A stretch of 62,189 nt of DNA, filler included, from Choristocarpus tenellus KU-1152 (GCA_964200185.2; 10 parts of 10 records of this genome joined end to end with filler, not necessarily neighbours in it); one strand, 5' to 3'; shown: positions 1 through 13,135, numbered from the whole stretch's first letter. The notes: generated by a model from the letters alone, not told the origin. Translations and numbers: made by a program.

Positions 1-21
1 CCCTCCCAGATACTTTGAGCC
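1..21. mobile_element. MITE family B right terminus (truncated at window start)
   Basis: CCCAGATACTTTGAGCC matches the right TIR of complete family-B copies at 4350, 13924 and 21091. Confidence 0.75.
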
Positions 22-29
22 TGCCCACC

Positions 30-1110
30 TCCTCAGCCTTTTCCACGCTAAGATAGGGAATTTTGAAGACGCTGTCGATTGGACCCCAGCACTTCACTGT
101 AGATTGCAAAGAGGCTCTACCAGATGCGCTCTAGTGCCTCCTGGGAATACCCACCAAACGCCTCTAATATGGCCTCCACCAGGTCATCTGTCTTTGTCAC
201 CCCCATGTCTTCCTTCAGTTGCTGGAATGAATTAAAAAATCCCAGGTTGTTCATGTTGGGGCCAGGTGAGTTGACTGTTTGGGTCCCTATGACAATGCCA
301 TCCCCTGCCGCCTCCTTGATTGGCTCCATGATCCTCCCCTTCATGTGTGGCTTTGCCCTATCCTGCTGCACAAAGTTGGTATGTCCCTCCAGCCTAGACA
401 TACTGGCCTTGACTGCCGGGATGACATCCTCAATCATGAGTTTTATCTACCTCTCTCCGTCCACCGTGGCTGGCACAAGCACCTTGGTACCCTTGAGGTG
501 GTATTTGCTGGAGTGCTGAGGGACCTCAGTATCCACGATTGGTCAGATCCCGATTTTCCCTTTGAACCATACCCCACTGGAGACCTTCCTAAGGCGGGCC
601 ACAGCTACAATTAACACCACCTTCGAAATGTAACGTTCTGTGCCCGTGGGGGGTTGGGGGGGGTCCTTAGTGGCGTGCAGGGACACACCTTACCCATCTT
701 TAAATATGTAAAGCTACTTCTCGTCCACATGCACCCAGTCATATAGATCATCCACTGATACCCCACTTTCCCCTCTCTTGTGCGTGTTGGCTGATGACGA
801 AACCCAACAGTTGACTTTCTGCTGGTCTGAGTGGACTGGCTTAATCCACCACTTCACCTTCTTCACCTTCTCATGCTTGCACTGATCCCACAATGAGACA
901 AGGGAGACCTCATCTTTGCCCACCCATTTGCAGAAGGATGTGCAGCATTCCGATGGGACATCCCAAACGTCGAGGATATTTGTATGGTGGTCACATCGCC
1001 CCTTGCGACATCGTACAATGTCCATGCATTCACCTCATGCAGTCTGGCTGTCATACTCCTTCAGATGGCAGAAAACAGTGATTCAGGAAAATCCAAAGTC
1101 CTCTGCAATG
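30..1110 (-). pseudogene. Tc1/mariner transposase remnant, plant-type DD39D-like lineage
   Basis: Minus-strand fragments WVHVDEK (714-740), FEGKIGI*P..VPQHSSKYHLKG and VIPAVKA..QQDRAKPH..QTVNSPGPNMNNLGFF match the HVDEKWF / QQDNA.PH / QP.NSPD.N.LDLGFF motifs. It has stops and frameshifts. Confidence 0.85.
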
Positions 1111-1536
1111 TTCGCAGCCGTCCTCCAAGGTATCTGTGTCTCATGCCCTCTCACACCTCCAGACATTGCGCCACCACACTGTTCTTTGTTGGAATGTTTG
1201 AGTCTTGACCCCGGACAGACTTCTGGACTGAAGAATTGGACAGACAGGCCATAACGGGATGAGTGAGTCGCTTGAACGATCAGGGGTCTTTGTCGTAGGT
1301 ATACGCTTTGACAGTTTCACGAGGTTTTCGAACCCCGTCAAATGCAACTTGGTCGACTTTGCACTGGTGATCCTCCACAGTCATGACAGCTCACCATTTC
1401 AAAACTTTGCATGGCTCCAATTCTATATGAGAACCAAGCCTCTTCAAGAGGGTTTATCACATGGGTCCTTCTCAGGTGAGAACGGAGCTCCCAAAAGGTA
1501 TGTTGCATTCAATTCCGAATGGAGGAAGTATGTACC

Positions 1537-1798
1537 AAGCCAACCCAATTGAGAAGTAGATGGTTTTGGACCCTTTTTGTATTCTAACCCATCTTTATTA
1601 CCCTGTGTAATACCTTACTAGATAATCTCTTTATGTCCACAATAGTGTATGCAAAATTGATATTCCCTCTTTCCACACACAAAGCGAAACTACGATAAAG
1701 CAAAGAGGCTCTTTCTGCAATTGAAAAAAACGGCAATTTTTCCCCTTTCTTGGGATCCCTAAAATGCACCACTGCCCACCTCTCAATTGTATTGGCTC
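1537..1798. mobile_element. MITE family D (~260 bp)
   Basis: Imperfect TIRs AAGCCAACCCAATTGAGAAG...CCTCTCAATTGTATTGGCTC; the interior matches the copy at ~11965-12221. Confidence 0.7.
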
Positions 1799-2519
1799 TC
1801 CGCCAAAAACTAAGTATCCTGGAGTAAATATTACTAGTACTTGCTCTCTCATATTTGTGCCATATAAATCCAAGTAGACCCTGTCCACTCATCTGTTCTC
1901 TGTGTCTGTATGTTTCTACCACCCACTCTCATCCTTGAGTGTAGGTTCGTCTGCATGGTCGATGAGAAGGAAGTCGAAGGCAAAGAAATGTGAAAACCTA
2001 GACAATGAAGGTCAGGTATCTTTCCTTTGTTAAGAGGATCACAAGAGGGCTTAAAGAGGATGGTTCAGGTGACTCAGCAGTATCCGCTTCTGAGAGAGCA
2101 GAGGAAGATGCTAGGTAGGGCACCCTTCTGCATGGTGGGAATGACTCCATCAATTAACTAGCATTCACAGGGGGGGGTCGTAATTATGGCCCCCTCTCAT
2201 ATACGTACCATGCAAAATCAACTAATTCCTGTCTGTTCATCTGTCTGTATGTCTACACTTGTTTTGTAGTTTTTGAAGTTTGAGTGATACAATAATAGTA
2301 TACTTCAGATGTAGGTCAGATTTCAATGAACACCTTGACTTCGACCTAACTCCCTCATGCGAAAAGACACAAGGGGCCCTACCACGCTTCCTCCTCTCTT
2401 CCTCCTTTCGACATGCAACAGTGGGGTCTATTTACTTATGTTACAAGTCTTCGCTGGATTTCTATACTTCTGCTTTTTTGTCAGATATAACCTCTGTGTG
2501 GTAACGTAGTGGTGGTTTA

Positions 2520-2900
2520 GATATCTGGGAATATAGTAAAGGTTTTGGCCACCTCTCCTTGATAATACAGAAATCACATTATCGATCTGCATCTTCTTGT
2601 GCCCCTCCTTGGTGTTTTCTACTGTCTTTATCTCGATCGTCCCCATGGACCTAATCCTGCTACTACGCCTCGCCGCAACCCCCTCGACAAACGGCAAGAT
2701 GCCAAGTTCCCCGTTGTACACCTTACGAGAAGGAGGCTCATCAACTCTGCAGAGAAAGTGCTTCTGACCGTCCTTGCAGATGGAAAACGTCTTCTCATCC
2801 ACATACTTGAAGTCTTCGAAGATGAGGATAGAAAATCTTCAAGCATCCAGGTCTGTCGGTGACCTAGCGCATTGCCCATCTCAGTCTTTGTAACTTGCGG
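2520..2900 (-). pseudogene. Second mariner (DD39D-like) transposase fragment, internally deleted
   Basis: YVDEKTF..KDG, YNGELGILPFVEGVAARRSSRIRSMGT match HVDEKWF and FDGKIGIWPFV..A.RSSKNRP.GT. Confidence 0.75.
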
Positions 2901-3499
2901 TCATCAGTAAGCAATGACAAGATAAGTCGACCATGTCCTAAAACGAAGCTTCTTTAAGACATCATCCAAGGGTGTATCCCAGATATCAATCTCAATTGTC
3001 AACGCGCCTTGCATCGTATTTTGTTTTTACAGGAATTTTCCGTTTAAAAATGGAAACAAAACTACAAACGGTTGGACCACACTCCATGCGGAATTGGGTA
3101 CTTCATCTCTTGAGGGGAATCTTTTCGTGGACATCTCGTAGGTCACTGACGTTGATACCTTTCTTTGCGTATATATCACTGAACTAGATACATTGTATAC
3201 ACTACACAATCCCCTCCTTCTTTCAACCAATATCGGGTTCTTTCTTCTGATAATCTCTCACATTTGCTAAGGGATCTGGATAGTAGGAAATACGTCACTG
3301 GTTCTGATCACAGGTTTCAAATTTGAGGAGTTGGTTTCACCATTCCTTACCCTCTATATTTTTGATATTTGAACTGATCATTTGAAGTGTGTTGTTTAGA
3401 CGAACTATGTTGGAAAATGTTTGTTGAAGAGGGAGAGATGATATACACTAATACTAGAGTAGTGATTTGATATATAAACATTTTGGTCAAATCGGTACC

Positions 3500-3612
3500 A
3501 CATTTACTTGACAGAGACAATACATTTTTTGAGGTAACACATTTTATTATTATGCCCTCTAACATTTTGCAGATACATGTGTCAGGGGGGAAACCAATGA
3601 AAACTATAATAT
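3500..3612. repeat. Dispersed repeat (reverse-complement copy at 9120-9200, weaker copy at ~19700-19760)
   Basis: TTATTATTATGCCCTCTAACATTTTGCAGAT..TGTGTCAGGGGGGAAACCAATGAAAA is shared between contigs. Confidence 0.65.
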
Positions 3613-3665
3613 CCTCAACACCTTTTCGGTGGAAAGTTTTGGGCGCCTCGGCAAGCAAGCGGAAT
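3613..3665 (+). mobile_element. Small fragment of CRE/R2-like non-LTR retrotransposon RLE region
   Basis: Encodes TFSVESFGRLGKQAE; similar at the nucleotide level to 19265-19310. Confidence 0.55.
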
Positions 3666-3765
3666 NNNNNNNNNNNNNNNNNNNNNNNNNNNNNNNNNNN
3701 NNNNNNNNNTTAATTAATTAANNNNNNNNNNNNNNNNNNNNNNNNNNNNNNNNNNNNNNNNNNNN
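3666..3765. other. Artificial contig-joining linker N44-TTAATTAATTAA-N44
   Basis: Identical 100-bp linkers also occur at 9008-9107, 14119-14218, 16989-17088, 20083-20182, 29577-29676, 34898-34997, 38279-38378 and 48381-48480; the core has stops in all six frames. Confidence 0.97.
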
Positions 3766-3983
3766 TTACATCAAAATTGCAACATTGGATTTTGGACCCC
3801 AAACGGACACGGCTCTACGCTCTAAGATACTTCGACTCTCCAGAGATATCTTTTCATGATGTATACATACTACGACTCCGAAACATTTCGGAGTAGGAAA
3901 ATGCCATTAAAAAAACGTGGGAAGCCAAGAGCCCCAAGTGGAAAAACAGGGCAAAACTCCTACCCTCTAGGATACTTTCACCC
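3766..3983. mobile_element. MITE family A, nested pair (inner copy end 3766-3838, outer copy half 3839-3983)
   Basis: Both halves match 27605-27863 but in opposite orientations; termini are GATACTTCGACTC and GATACTTTCACCC. Confidence 0.8.
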
Positions 3984-4349
3984 ATGGAGGATGTAAGAAC
4001 CTAAGGGATGCAGAGACCCATATTATCTTAGGAGGGGGAGGGGTGTGGGGGGGATATTGTTCATTTAGGGCTTGATGAAGCGTTGTAAGACATCCCAGTT
4101 TGATGCCCATTTCGCAGGCGATTTTCCTTCAGATTAAGTTCAGAGTTAGGGATGGAAAAGGCAGATGCATTCAGACGAAGAAAATTGCTGTTACATTTGA
4201 CACGTCCACTTAGATGACATGAAAATCACTTTAAGTTCAACAGGCCCCGAATGGGTGCCTTGCCCCTCCTCTAGGATACGATAGGTCAGATCAGAAAACA
4301 GTTTCACTGACCCCTTAGCAACCACAACACCCCCCTCTAGGACACTTCC

Positions 4350-4529
4350 GGCTCAAAATATCTGGCGGGGGGGGGTCTACACCAGGGTGTCCATTCGGGC
4401 CCTGACCAGGAGAAGTGCACTTACATTATCGATCCAACGCATGCAGCCAAATCACCCAAAAATCATGACATGAAAAAATGGGCCCTGAATGGACAGTCGC
4501 CACCCTCCCCCCCCCAGATACTTTGAGTC
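4350..4529. mobile_element. MITE family B1 (~180 bp)
   Basis: TIRs GGCTCAAAATATCTGGCG(n)...C(n)AGATACTTTGAGTC; the interior is the reverse complement of the 13924 and 21091 copies. Confidence 0.85.
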
Positions 4530-4948
4530 TTCTGCTCAAATGAAATAACCAATACTTTCTTATCCAATTAGAGTGTCCTCCCGGCAGCATCTCTGTCGCG
4601 CAAAGAGGTATTTATGGGAACCTGTGCAACTGAGGTGGCCATAGACAGTAGTAGATAGAGTTGGGAGAGACACATTGTAGTAGATGTGAGACTTCTAGGG
4701 CGATAAAAGGTAAGAAGGATTGGACTTCTATTGACCCCTACAACTCTTTCTTCGTTTCAACTCATTCCTGCTTTGTTGTGGTATTTTACAGCATGCAGAG
4801 TGCATACTATGTGTTTGACCACGAATAGCTCAGAGGTCTTATAAGCTGTAAAAGAGAGGCAACATCAACATACCTCTGGCACCCCAATCCTGAGTATTGA
4901 GTTTGTCACCCCCTTGGGGCACATCCTCACTATGCTCCTACTTCACAA

Positions 4949-5212
4949 GGACCCAAAGCATTTAAGAGGATTAGGGTAGGAGGTTTGCCCTGTTGTCCGT
5001 TTAGGGCTTGACTTTCCACGATTTTGTTATGCCCTTTTTTGGCTTTCGGTGTGAACACTAACCCTAACCCTAAAATGTATACGATTATGAAAGGTGTGTA
5101 CGGAGCAAGGATATTGACACTTGCTAACAAACATGGTCTCCAAAATTCATCAAAATCACAACATTGGATTTACTATCCCGAACAGACATGGCCCTCTTAA
5201 ATGCTTTGATGC
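4949..5212. mobile_element. Diverged MITE family A copy with internal CCCTAA repeats
   Basis: AAGGTGTG..CAAGGATATTGACACTT..AACAAACA..CATCAAAATC..ACATTGGATT core shared with family A; ends are degenerate. Confidence 0.65.
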
Positions 5213-6000
5213 AAGTACTGCACCCCTGAAACTCTACAAAACCTGCCGCTCACCTCATTGCCATGCAGGCGTCTCTTATTCGGGGAGTCCAACTCTTCAA
5301 TGACCGTATGCTGTCCCGATGGCAGCGCGATGGATTTGTGGACTTTGCAAGAATGACTGCTCCGGTCCGTACTACTGCCAGTGAGGTGTTGGGGCGACTC
5401 CTTCTCCCCCCTCCGCCCCTCCCTCTCCTTCCACCTGAAACAACCCAGAATTTTCCTCACCCAGCACAAATAGCATGTGGTGTAGGGGGGCAAAACTCAG
5501 TTGATGGCGACCAATGGGAGGAAAGAAGTGCGGAGGAGATGGAAGTTTCGCCACCAATACAACTTAGAAGAGATGAGGAGAGGGGGCGAAGAGAGAGGCG
5601 TTAAAGGCGAGGATGGGGACAGGTGGAAGGACAGGAGAAGATTTGGAACCATTGGTTGCTCATGACAGCAATGGTAAAAGGCAAGAGTGAGAGCATTAGA
5701 AGGCATGAAGATAAGGTAGTGGAGTAGGAGATTGGTATCTGTATTGTGACAGAAGAGGAAGATGGGGACTCAGGAGCAAAGGGAGCAGTGTTGCGGGAGC
5801 ATCCACCCTAAGCGAGAGTGATGCTTGAAGGGGAGAGATAATGATTGGGGTGATGCGCGGGTGCTGTTGGGTCACCAGCTGAAGTCATGGTGTAATAGCA
5901 TGGTCAGTATGAGGTGGTATCTTGGGGTGTAGAGATGTGAACAATGTATGTTTTCTGTACTCTTGAGGACGTATGGTGCTTTGACTGAAAGTTTGATGAG

Positions 6001-6744
6001 CTCTCTCTCTCTCTCTCTCTAACAAGCAATCTGTGCATGATAATGTGCATAGATAATCCTCATAATCTAGGGTTCCAGGTTTAGCAGGAGTAGTATTGAA
6101 TGTATGTGAGTTCCACTCTGCATAATTCATGGCAATACAGATGATGATTATCTCTCATTCTTTTCTTGGTTAGGTTATTTCTCTTTTTATAGTTGGAAGC
6201 AAAGACTGTAAGTCAACGCCAATGACCCCATACAGTAGTAGTTGATAAAATCGTCCCTGCCTACACACACACACACACACACACACACGTACAGACACAC
6301 ATATCTATAGGCTTGCCATCCACCGCCCTACTTGGTTTGGCGAGCAATTCTCCATCCAGCAGAATGACAGACAGATCATATGTTAGATAAAATGTGACGC
6401 CACCACTGTTCCTAATAGTAGTACTAGTGTTGTAACCTGGAAGGAAATGTGCTCTTGTTTTTTAATCCTCTCCCTTTTCCTTGCCTCCATAATGTACAAT
6501 TAACACTAGTACAATTGATGGAGTGGGTGCGTTAGGCTTAAGTCTGGTTGAGATACACCCTCAGCTACGCTGTGGGCATTACAAGTACAAGCAGCGGCAA
6601 TGGGGAATATCGCAAGTCATTGTATGCAACAATAACAAATGGTCGTGATTTCACTTTGTGTCAATCAACGGTCAGTCATTCACCCCTTGTATGTTAAGTG
6701 TACCCCAGTATTCTGGAGTTGTATATATATATATATATATATAT
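6001..6744. repeat. Microsatellites (CT)10 at 6001-6020, (AC)n at ~6263-6288, (TA)n at ~6722-6744
   Basis: Direct inspection. Confidence 0.9.
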
Positions 6745-8403
6745 GGTGCTGTTTGGATGGACAATCCCATTCAAGATAACCCATGTTGCTCACTCTGTGA
6801 AATATTTACATCCTTGCATGGAGTTTTTGGATTCAGGTAACAGATACCTTTTTCGCACATAATATATTTGTATTATATTTGTATTGTATCGTAGGATAGC
6901 ATAACCGATTCTGGGCTCGGATTTGGAGCTCTCTTTGATATTTAACCATTGCTTGTCCATCATTTGCTTGCACATACTACAAAGTAATTGCCATCAGAGA
7001 AAGAAAGCATTATCAATGTAAGATATGTGAAACGTTGGTAAATACGTAACGAACATACAGCAAGATGCACTATATTTTCTACAAAAAAAGCAATCATCAA
7101 ACTAATACCTGAAAAAAATAGCATTAATACATAAGAATTTTGTCTTATTGACGTAAATTTAATATTATAATACTGCAAAAAAAGTTGAGTGTGTGGTGGA
7201 AACAAAAATGTATAGGCGGTAAACTTGAAGTCGTTCATCAGTGAGTAACAAAACTACATAAATGGGTACCCAACATTGATGTGGGTTACTCATCTTCTTC
7301 ATGGCATCACAAAATCAGAGACTTCAAACGCCAAACCTCCTCTACTCTCATGATTTAATCGCTTCAATCCTCGACGTTTACCTGACTCCCACGATATGTA
7401 TTATGTGAGTATGGAACATAGAGGTTATGGAAGGAATAAGTTTGTAGTGATGGGGTGAGGTTGACTGGACTGAAATATAATTGTTATGTTGGTCTTGTTG
7501 AGGAGTGTTGTCATTTTGAATCATAATGTTGACAATATTTACCTTTCAACAAAGAATATCGGGCCGACTGTTCTATATTTATGACCAATCATAAGACAAT
7601 ATTTCGGGGAAACTGTTGATGTTGGCCCGATCGAAAGACAAAAGCCAACTTAGGGATAGGATTCTAATTCCTAACTCGACGATCGAAGAAAGAGATTTGA
7701 AACTTTTGTCAGGCAATCAACCCGAGGAAGGTGAATAGTATCACCCTGCTGGAGGGTAGCATGCTGTATCCGAAGAGTGTTACTCTCTTCTTTGATACAG
7801 GGCAGGAAGGATAGATACCTCTCGTGAAATATTTTTGAATCAGTGTGCCTTGGGTGGTCCAAGGATTTCTCGACATCTTGACCTCTTAATAGTCTTTCCT
7901 TGTAGAGCGATGCATACTAAGTGCATCCCTTTTTAGTGGTTTTTGTTCACAAAGGAGGGTATAACCATGTCTCCGAGCCTGGCCGATATGATACCGTTCC
8001 AGATGGTGCCTCAGAACAGTTGAATACTGAACTCTTTTCCCCCTAAGTGCAATGGCTTGGCTCCCCTAACCCCTACGACTCTTGACGATATTGCATAGGC
8101 ATGTATTTTCTGTCGAACATTCCTTCTGTGCTCTACTTCAGGCATGGGTCTCAAGGATGTCTTTCATATACCTCTTACACCTCTTCACCTTTCCCACAGA
8201 ACTGCACTATTTTCTTCAATGGTTGGACAGAATTATCCATTGGTACTCTTGCCCCTGTCATGATATTTCTTTGCTCTCTATAACCTAACCTACCCGTCAA
8301 TGTCAGCTAATCAGAAATTCCCACCAATATCAAAAGAGATGAATATGAACATGCATCTGTACTCTCCATACTCTCGTCTGCACCTATCCACAGAAGATCA
8401 GGG

Positions 8404-8541
8404 ATGGCATCTATAGTGGACCCACGACTGTGCGTAACGTGCTCCGCCCCTACGAACATTGCTGTTATCAAGTACTGGGGTAAGGATAGTATCGCTCTCA
8501 ATACCCCGATCAACTCGTCTGCAAGCGTCACCCTCAGTCAG
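8404..8541 (+). CDS. MVD: Diphosphomevalonate decarboxylase, first coding exon (3' partial)
   Basis: [46 protein letters not shown] followed by donor CAG|GTGATG. It contains the diagnostic AP.NIA.IKYWGK...P.NSS.SVTL motif and is too short for the ORF track. Confidence 0.93.
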
Positions 8542-9519
8542 GTGATGATGTGTGTGAACGCGATAACGTAGAGAGTGGGTACAAAAGACTTGTCTTTCCG
8601 TCCCTTGCTAGTCAGAAATGGTTCATTAGTCTTCACTGAGGGAAATATTGTTATTACTTCGAACCTCGATTCTGGAGCCAAGACCTGCTCAATCTCCATG
8701 TCAAACCCTTAAGCAACTGTTGGTCCTGGAGAAGATGGCGGTGTTCTGTGAGCCGTCCAGTTTATGGGACCATTTCCATTGCTAGCTCTCGCGCAGCAAC
8801 TAAGCTTCCAAGTCTAGCGGACCTACCCCACTCGCCTCAACTCAACCTTGCTCAAGAATGCTGCAAGTTGTGATCTCTCACTGCTTCTTTCAACTCAACA
8901 AACTTGAGATGATCCACCAACCAACGCCTCCTAGTAATTGTTCTATTCTTTTGTCACTATCCATGCACCGTATGGCCTGCTGTTTCGATCCCCCTGCTAT
9001 TGGGATGNNNNNNNNNNNNNNNNNNNNNNNNNNNNNNNNNNNNNNNNNNNNTTAATTAATTAANNNNNNNNNNNNNNNNNNNNNNNNNNNNNNNNNNNNN
9101 NNNNNNNGCTAACAACGACATATATATAATTTTCATTGGTTTCCCCCCTGACACATCTGCAAAATGTCAGAGGGCATAATAATAAAATACACAACAATAT
9201 CAAAATGAAACGGTATGACAAGAGCTTTTGAAGGGTTGTAGTGGATTTTGTATAAGCTTCGGGGAACGGGAGCTATGTCCCGATCAAATAATGAAAAAAA
9301 CGTGGGGGAATATCTCCGGCGCAATTTTGAAGGTCACGACTTCAAAAGATACAAAAATGAAGTGGTTGGCTGAACTCTTCCAGAAAACTGGTCCGGGGTA
9401 GGTCCCTGCCCAAGTATGCCTGTTGCGGCTGTACCAAAAACAATTTCAAGATTTCTAGACATCCTTTAACGCCTTTTGCAGACTTTGTGTGAGGACACAC
9501 ACACGTGACTTGCACAGCA

Positions 9520-11050
9520 ACATGAACCACGACGGTGAGACAAGGAGAGCCGCCGAGGACACTCTGGCCTCTGGATCTACCCTCGGCACCTTCTCTGTCG
9601 AGAGGGGCCGGAAAAACAAGTACCGTGTGACACTCAGTGCGATGCTAGGTGAAGAGAAAGTGCGAGTAGTTTGGCGCAGCAGCATGACCGAATCGCGAAA
9701 TGGACCACGCGGTCGCGACAATGATGCTGAGAGAAGATGCATTGAAAGCATTACCACATAAACGTGGTTGGATCTTCAACCACTCCGGAGAACTACTCCG
9801 CAAGAACTGTCACCTCGGGAAAACAGGAAGAGAGCGGTGAGTCCATCCTTAGTTGGTACAGTGGCGAAGTCTGTGGGGAAGCCTGGTCACGGTGGGCGAA
9901 GGAAACAGAGTGGCCAGCCGAAGGGAAGGTTGGGGAGGAGAGCAGTGCGACTGCGCGCCATTGCGCTCAGGAAATGCCTAAGCGAAAACCCAGGTGTAGA
10001 ATATCTTAGTAGTCGACAGTTGCAGCAGTCGCTGGCTGTTTGGAAAGCTGCGCGAGCTGGAGTGGCTTAAGGAAACGAGAAAGAAGTTGTTAGGGTTGGG
10101 CTACAAGGGCTCTGAAGCCCGAAGGAGGTCGAAAGGGCTCGCAAGGCGGAGGAGAAAGCGATCTTAACAAAGGCAGATGTGGAGACGTTTTGATACCACC
10201 AAATCCTTCACTTCAAAGAGGCCGCGAAGCAGGTGGAGGTAGCCATCGACAAGGAAGCCAGGGAAGAAGAGGAGGTGAGATTGAGACTATTTGCACACTA
10301 GTGGTTTGGTGTCTCCCACTTCTTGCAAGATGTCGTATATTCTCTCTTGTTCCTGGAGTTGGAGTTGGACGTATAAAGGTGATTAAGGCTTTCTCCCAGC
10401 CTTCATTCATTTGAGAAATCAACACAATTTTCGATCAACTCAAGCCTGTCCTCCCTCACCCTTGCGCTTTGATGAAAAGAAATATCACCCGTCCAGGAAA
10501 CACGGACAACGCCCATTTCCAGCGCTCAACAAGGAAATGTGATAATTAAGACTCTAACACTGCGAATCCTGTATGTGTGTATGAACAACGGATAAGGCCG
10601 TCAAACGGCACTCGATGTGGCAAGCAGGATATGCGATGGTCAGCCTGGAAATTGTGAGTAAATGGGAGAGAGACTTTCTAACTAAGGGCCACATCAAGGT
10701 GTCAGACCAAGGGCGCTATGAGAGGCGTTTCGTCCTGGGCGTCGACGAGGACATCCTTGCTGAGGTCAAAGAGTGGATGCGCGAACACACAGAAAGAAAG
10801 GATGGGGAGGCTTTTCCCCTAGCTAAACCCTATACTTTAATCAAGTAATAGTGCATCTGTTGCCACTCTTGATGACCTACAATCCAGGGTTCGAACCCCA
10901 ATATGACCGCTCTTTCTTCAACAAAAGAAAAAAGTGGCGAAAAAAAAACGAAGCCCGTTCTCTGAAGGGCCTTGTGACTGGCATGACGATTATGTTGGGG
11001 TTTTTTTAGTCCGATGTCTACATCAAAAGTTATGACGGGACAACCCTAGA
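9520..11050 (+). pseudogene. Decayed probable DNA-transposon ORF (IS630/Tc1-like HTH region near 10615-11010)
   Basis: Long near-open frame broken by scattered stops. VSKWERDFLTKGHIKVSDQGRYERRFVLGVDEDILAEVKEWMREH resembles the W..F..G....S.QG....DED....WLR N-terminal region of eukaryotic IS630-like transposases. Confidence 0.45.
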
Positions 11051-11964
11051 GGGCGAAGCTACTGGTACCCCTATAGTGAATTTCATTATATTATTTTGAT
11101 TTATTCCACATCATACCTGTAGAAAGAACAGTAGATTCGAAATTTCTTGAACTGCGACTTATGATCTGGTTCTAATTTCAAAGGAAAAATTAACAACCTA
11201 TTGGTGCTATCCGAAAAATAAGATAGGAGAGATCGGTCAACAAAGTAGAAGTTGGAGAATTAGCAAGGATTTGGAGTTGAAAAAGATTGGTCACGATTGA
11301 GTGAGATGAGAGGATGGGGGAAGGGGGAAGGGGGAAGTCGAGGTCAGGTAGGGTAGATGTATTCTAGTCCAAAGGCGTGCCATGGAATTGGATGAAGGTG
11401 GGGCGTTTTGGATGATTGATGGTGGAGTCCTGCGGAGGAATTAATAAGGAGAAAGGTTGAGCGTGTTGGAGGAAAGTGGAGGACGGTTTGAGGAGAATTT
11501 GTCTGGGAGAGGATATCCAGATTGGTCACATCGTTTTGGAAAATGAGGTGAATATTGTGCGGATTAGACCCAACAATGTTGAAGTGGAAGTCCAGGTAAG
11601 AAGAGAGTGGACTTAAATTATCCAGAATTTCATGAGCAAAAACAAACCTAAACTATTGTCATTAATGTCATGATATTTACACTAGTAACATTTTACAGAC
11701 TTTGTTATGTAGGAGAACAAACAAGAAGTAAAGAAAACAACAAACCGAACAGCTCTAGAGACTGAAGAAAAAAAAGCCAGGCATGCATGTATTTGATATA
11801 CTAGTGGCATATGGGTGAATATGCTAATTTAAGTGAGTAAGCGTTGTTTATTATCACTGTTGTTGTGGTGTGGTGAGTGCATGTTGTCATGTTGTATATC
11901 GTCACAGGTGCCGACAGTGAGCGGTTTGAAATTGAACATTTCTTCAACACTACATCGACTCAAC

Positions 11965-12221
11965 GCCAGCTTAATTAAGAGGTAAGCAGGTTTTGGGCCC
12001 TTTGCATTTTGAGTAATCTTTCATACCCGATGCAATACACTCTGTATCATTGCACTATGTACAATAGTGTACACAAAATTAATATTCCCCCTTTCCACAC
12101 ACAAATTGACACCACAATTCAGCAAAAAAGGCTGTTTCTGTAATTGTACAAAACGCCGCTTTTTACTATTTCACAAGATCCTTAAAATGCAACCTTTCCT
12201 ACCTCTCCATTGCTTTGGCTC
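11965..12221. mobile_element. MITE family D copy
   Basis: Interior matches 1537-1798; right end CCTCTCCATTGCTTTGGCTC; left end degenerate. Confidence 0.7.
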
Positions 12222-12600
12222 TCAGAATTAGTAGTAGTGCCCTCACTAGTTTCTTCTTCTTTGTCGGTGCTCTTCTAGTTCTCCATCTCTTTCAACAACA
12301 ACAACCAAAGAGGCAACGTTATTACTGATATTTGATATTTGTACATATTATAGTAGTTGTACTAACCTATTATAAAATACATATACTACACTCTCTTCAT
12401 ACGTACCATTCATTTCATGTCTAGTATCAACACACATAATACTTTCAATATTGAAATAGAAGTTGATATTACACATACAAGGATTCTACCGAAACGTTTT
12501 CTATCTTCACACATCTAAACAAGACAATCGCAGCAATCAGGAATACCTCCCCCTACTGTGCCACCTTCTTCTCTCGAGACATCAAATCATCGAGGTGATC

Positions 12601-13135
12601 ATGACCGACGTTCTCAGTGGCGACGTGGTGGATCTCGGACCACTGGAGTATAAATATTCGGACGATAAGTTGGTTCAAGATAAGCTTCATCCTTTGGTAG
12701 TGAGGACAGCTGGAGTGTTCGGCTCAACCGCAGTCGTGGTAGGGATGGTACAGATTATCTTGGGTGCGATCGTCTTCAATAGCTGGGTAAGTTATCTCAC
12801 TGAAAAACCTTTTCCTCTTTCCCAACTTGACGTTTCCTTCGAAGAGAAGTTGTCCCATTGCTTCGCACGTCTGATATGGATGAGTTCAGTGCGATGTAGG
12901 GATTTTCTCTGGACCAAGAATTTGTCTCATTACTTGACACCCGCCATAAATGGCGACGCTCAGAGCAATATTGGAGCGTTTTGGATCGGCTTCTTCTCTA
13001 TCGCCGATGGTGTTGCACTTCTCCTAATGGACGGTACAAGACCAAAGCGTGGAGTGTTATCTGGTCTGGCCGTGATCTTCTCAATGATTACGCTGGGTTG
13101 TGCCATTCTGGCACTGATCCATTTAGACGATATCG
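12601..13135 (+). CDS. CD20/MS4A-like multi-pass membrane protein, exons 12601-12786 and 12964-13135 (3' partial)
   Basis: ATG at 12601, donor TGG|GTAAGT, acceptor CAG|AGC, donor G|GTGAGT. The spliced peptide has three hydrophobic helices: VGMVQIILGAIVF, GAFWIGFFSIADGVALL and LAVIFSMITLGCAILAL. The family call is by motif resemblance only. Confidence 0.7.

Noticed and set aside
6960-7238. Hydrophobic 92-aa ORF
   Set aside because: AT-rich low-complexity sequence with no motif or splice support; most other short ORFs in the track are similarly antisense or repeat-derived
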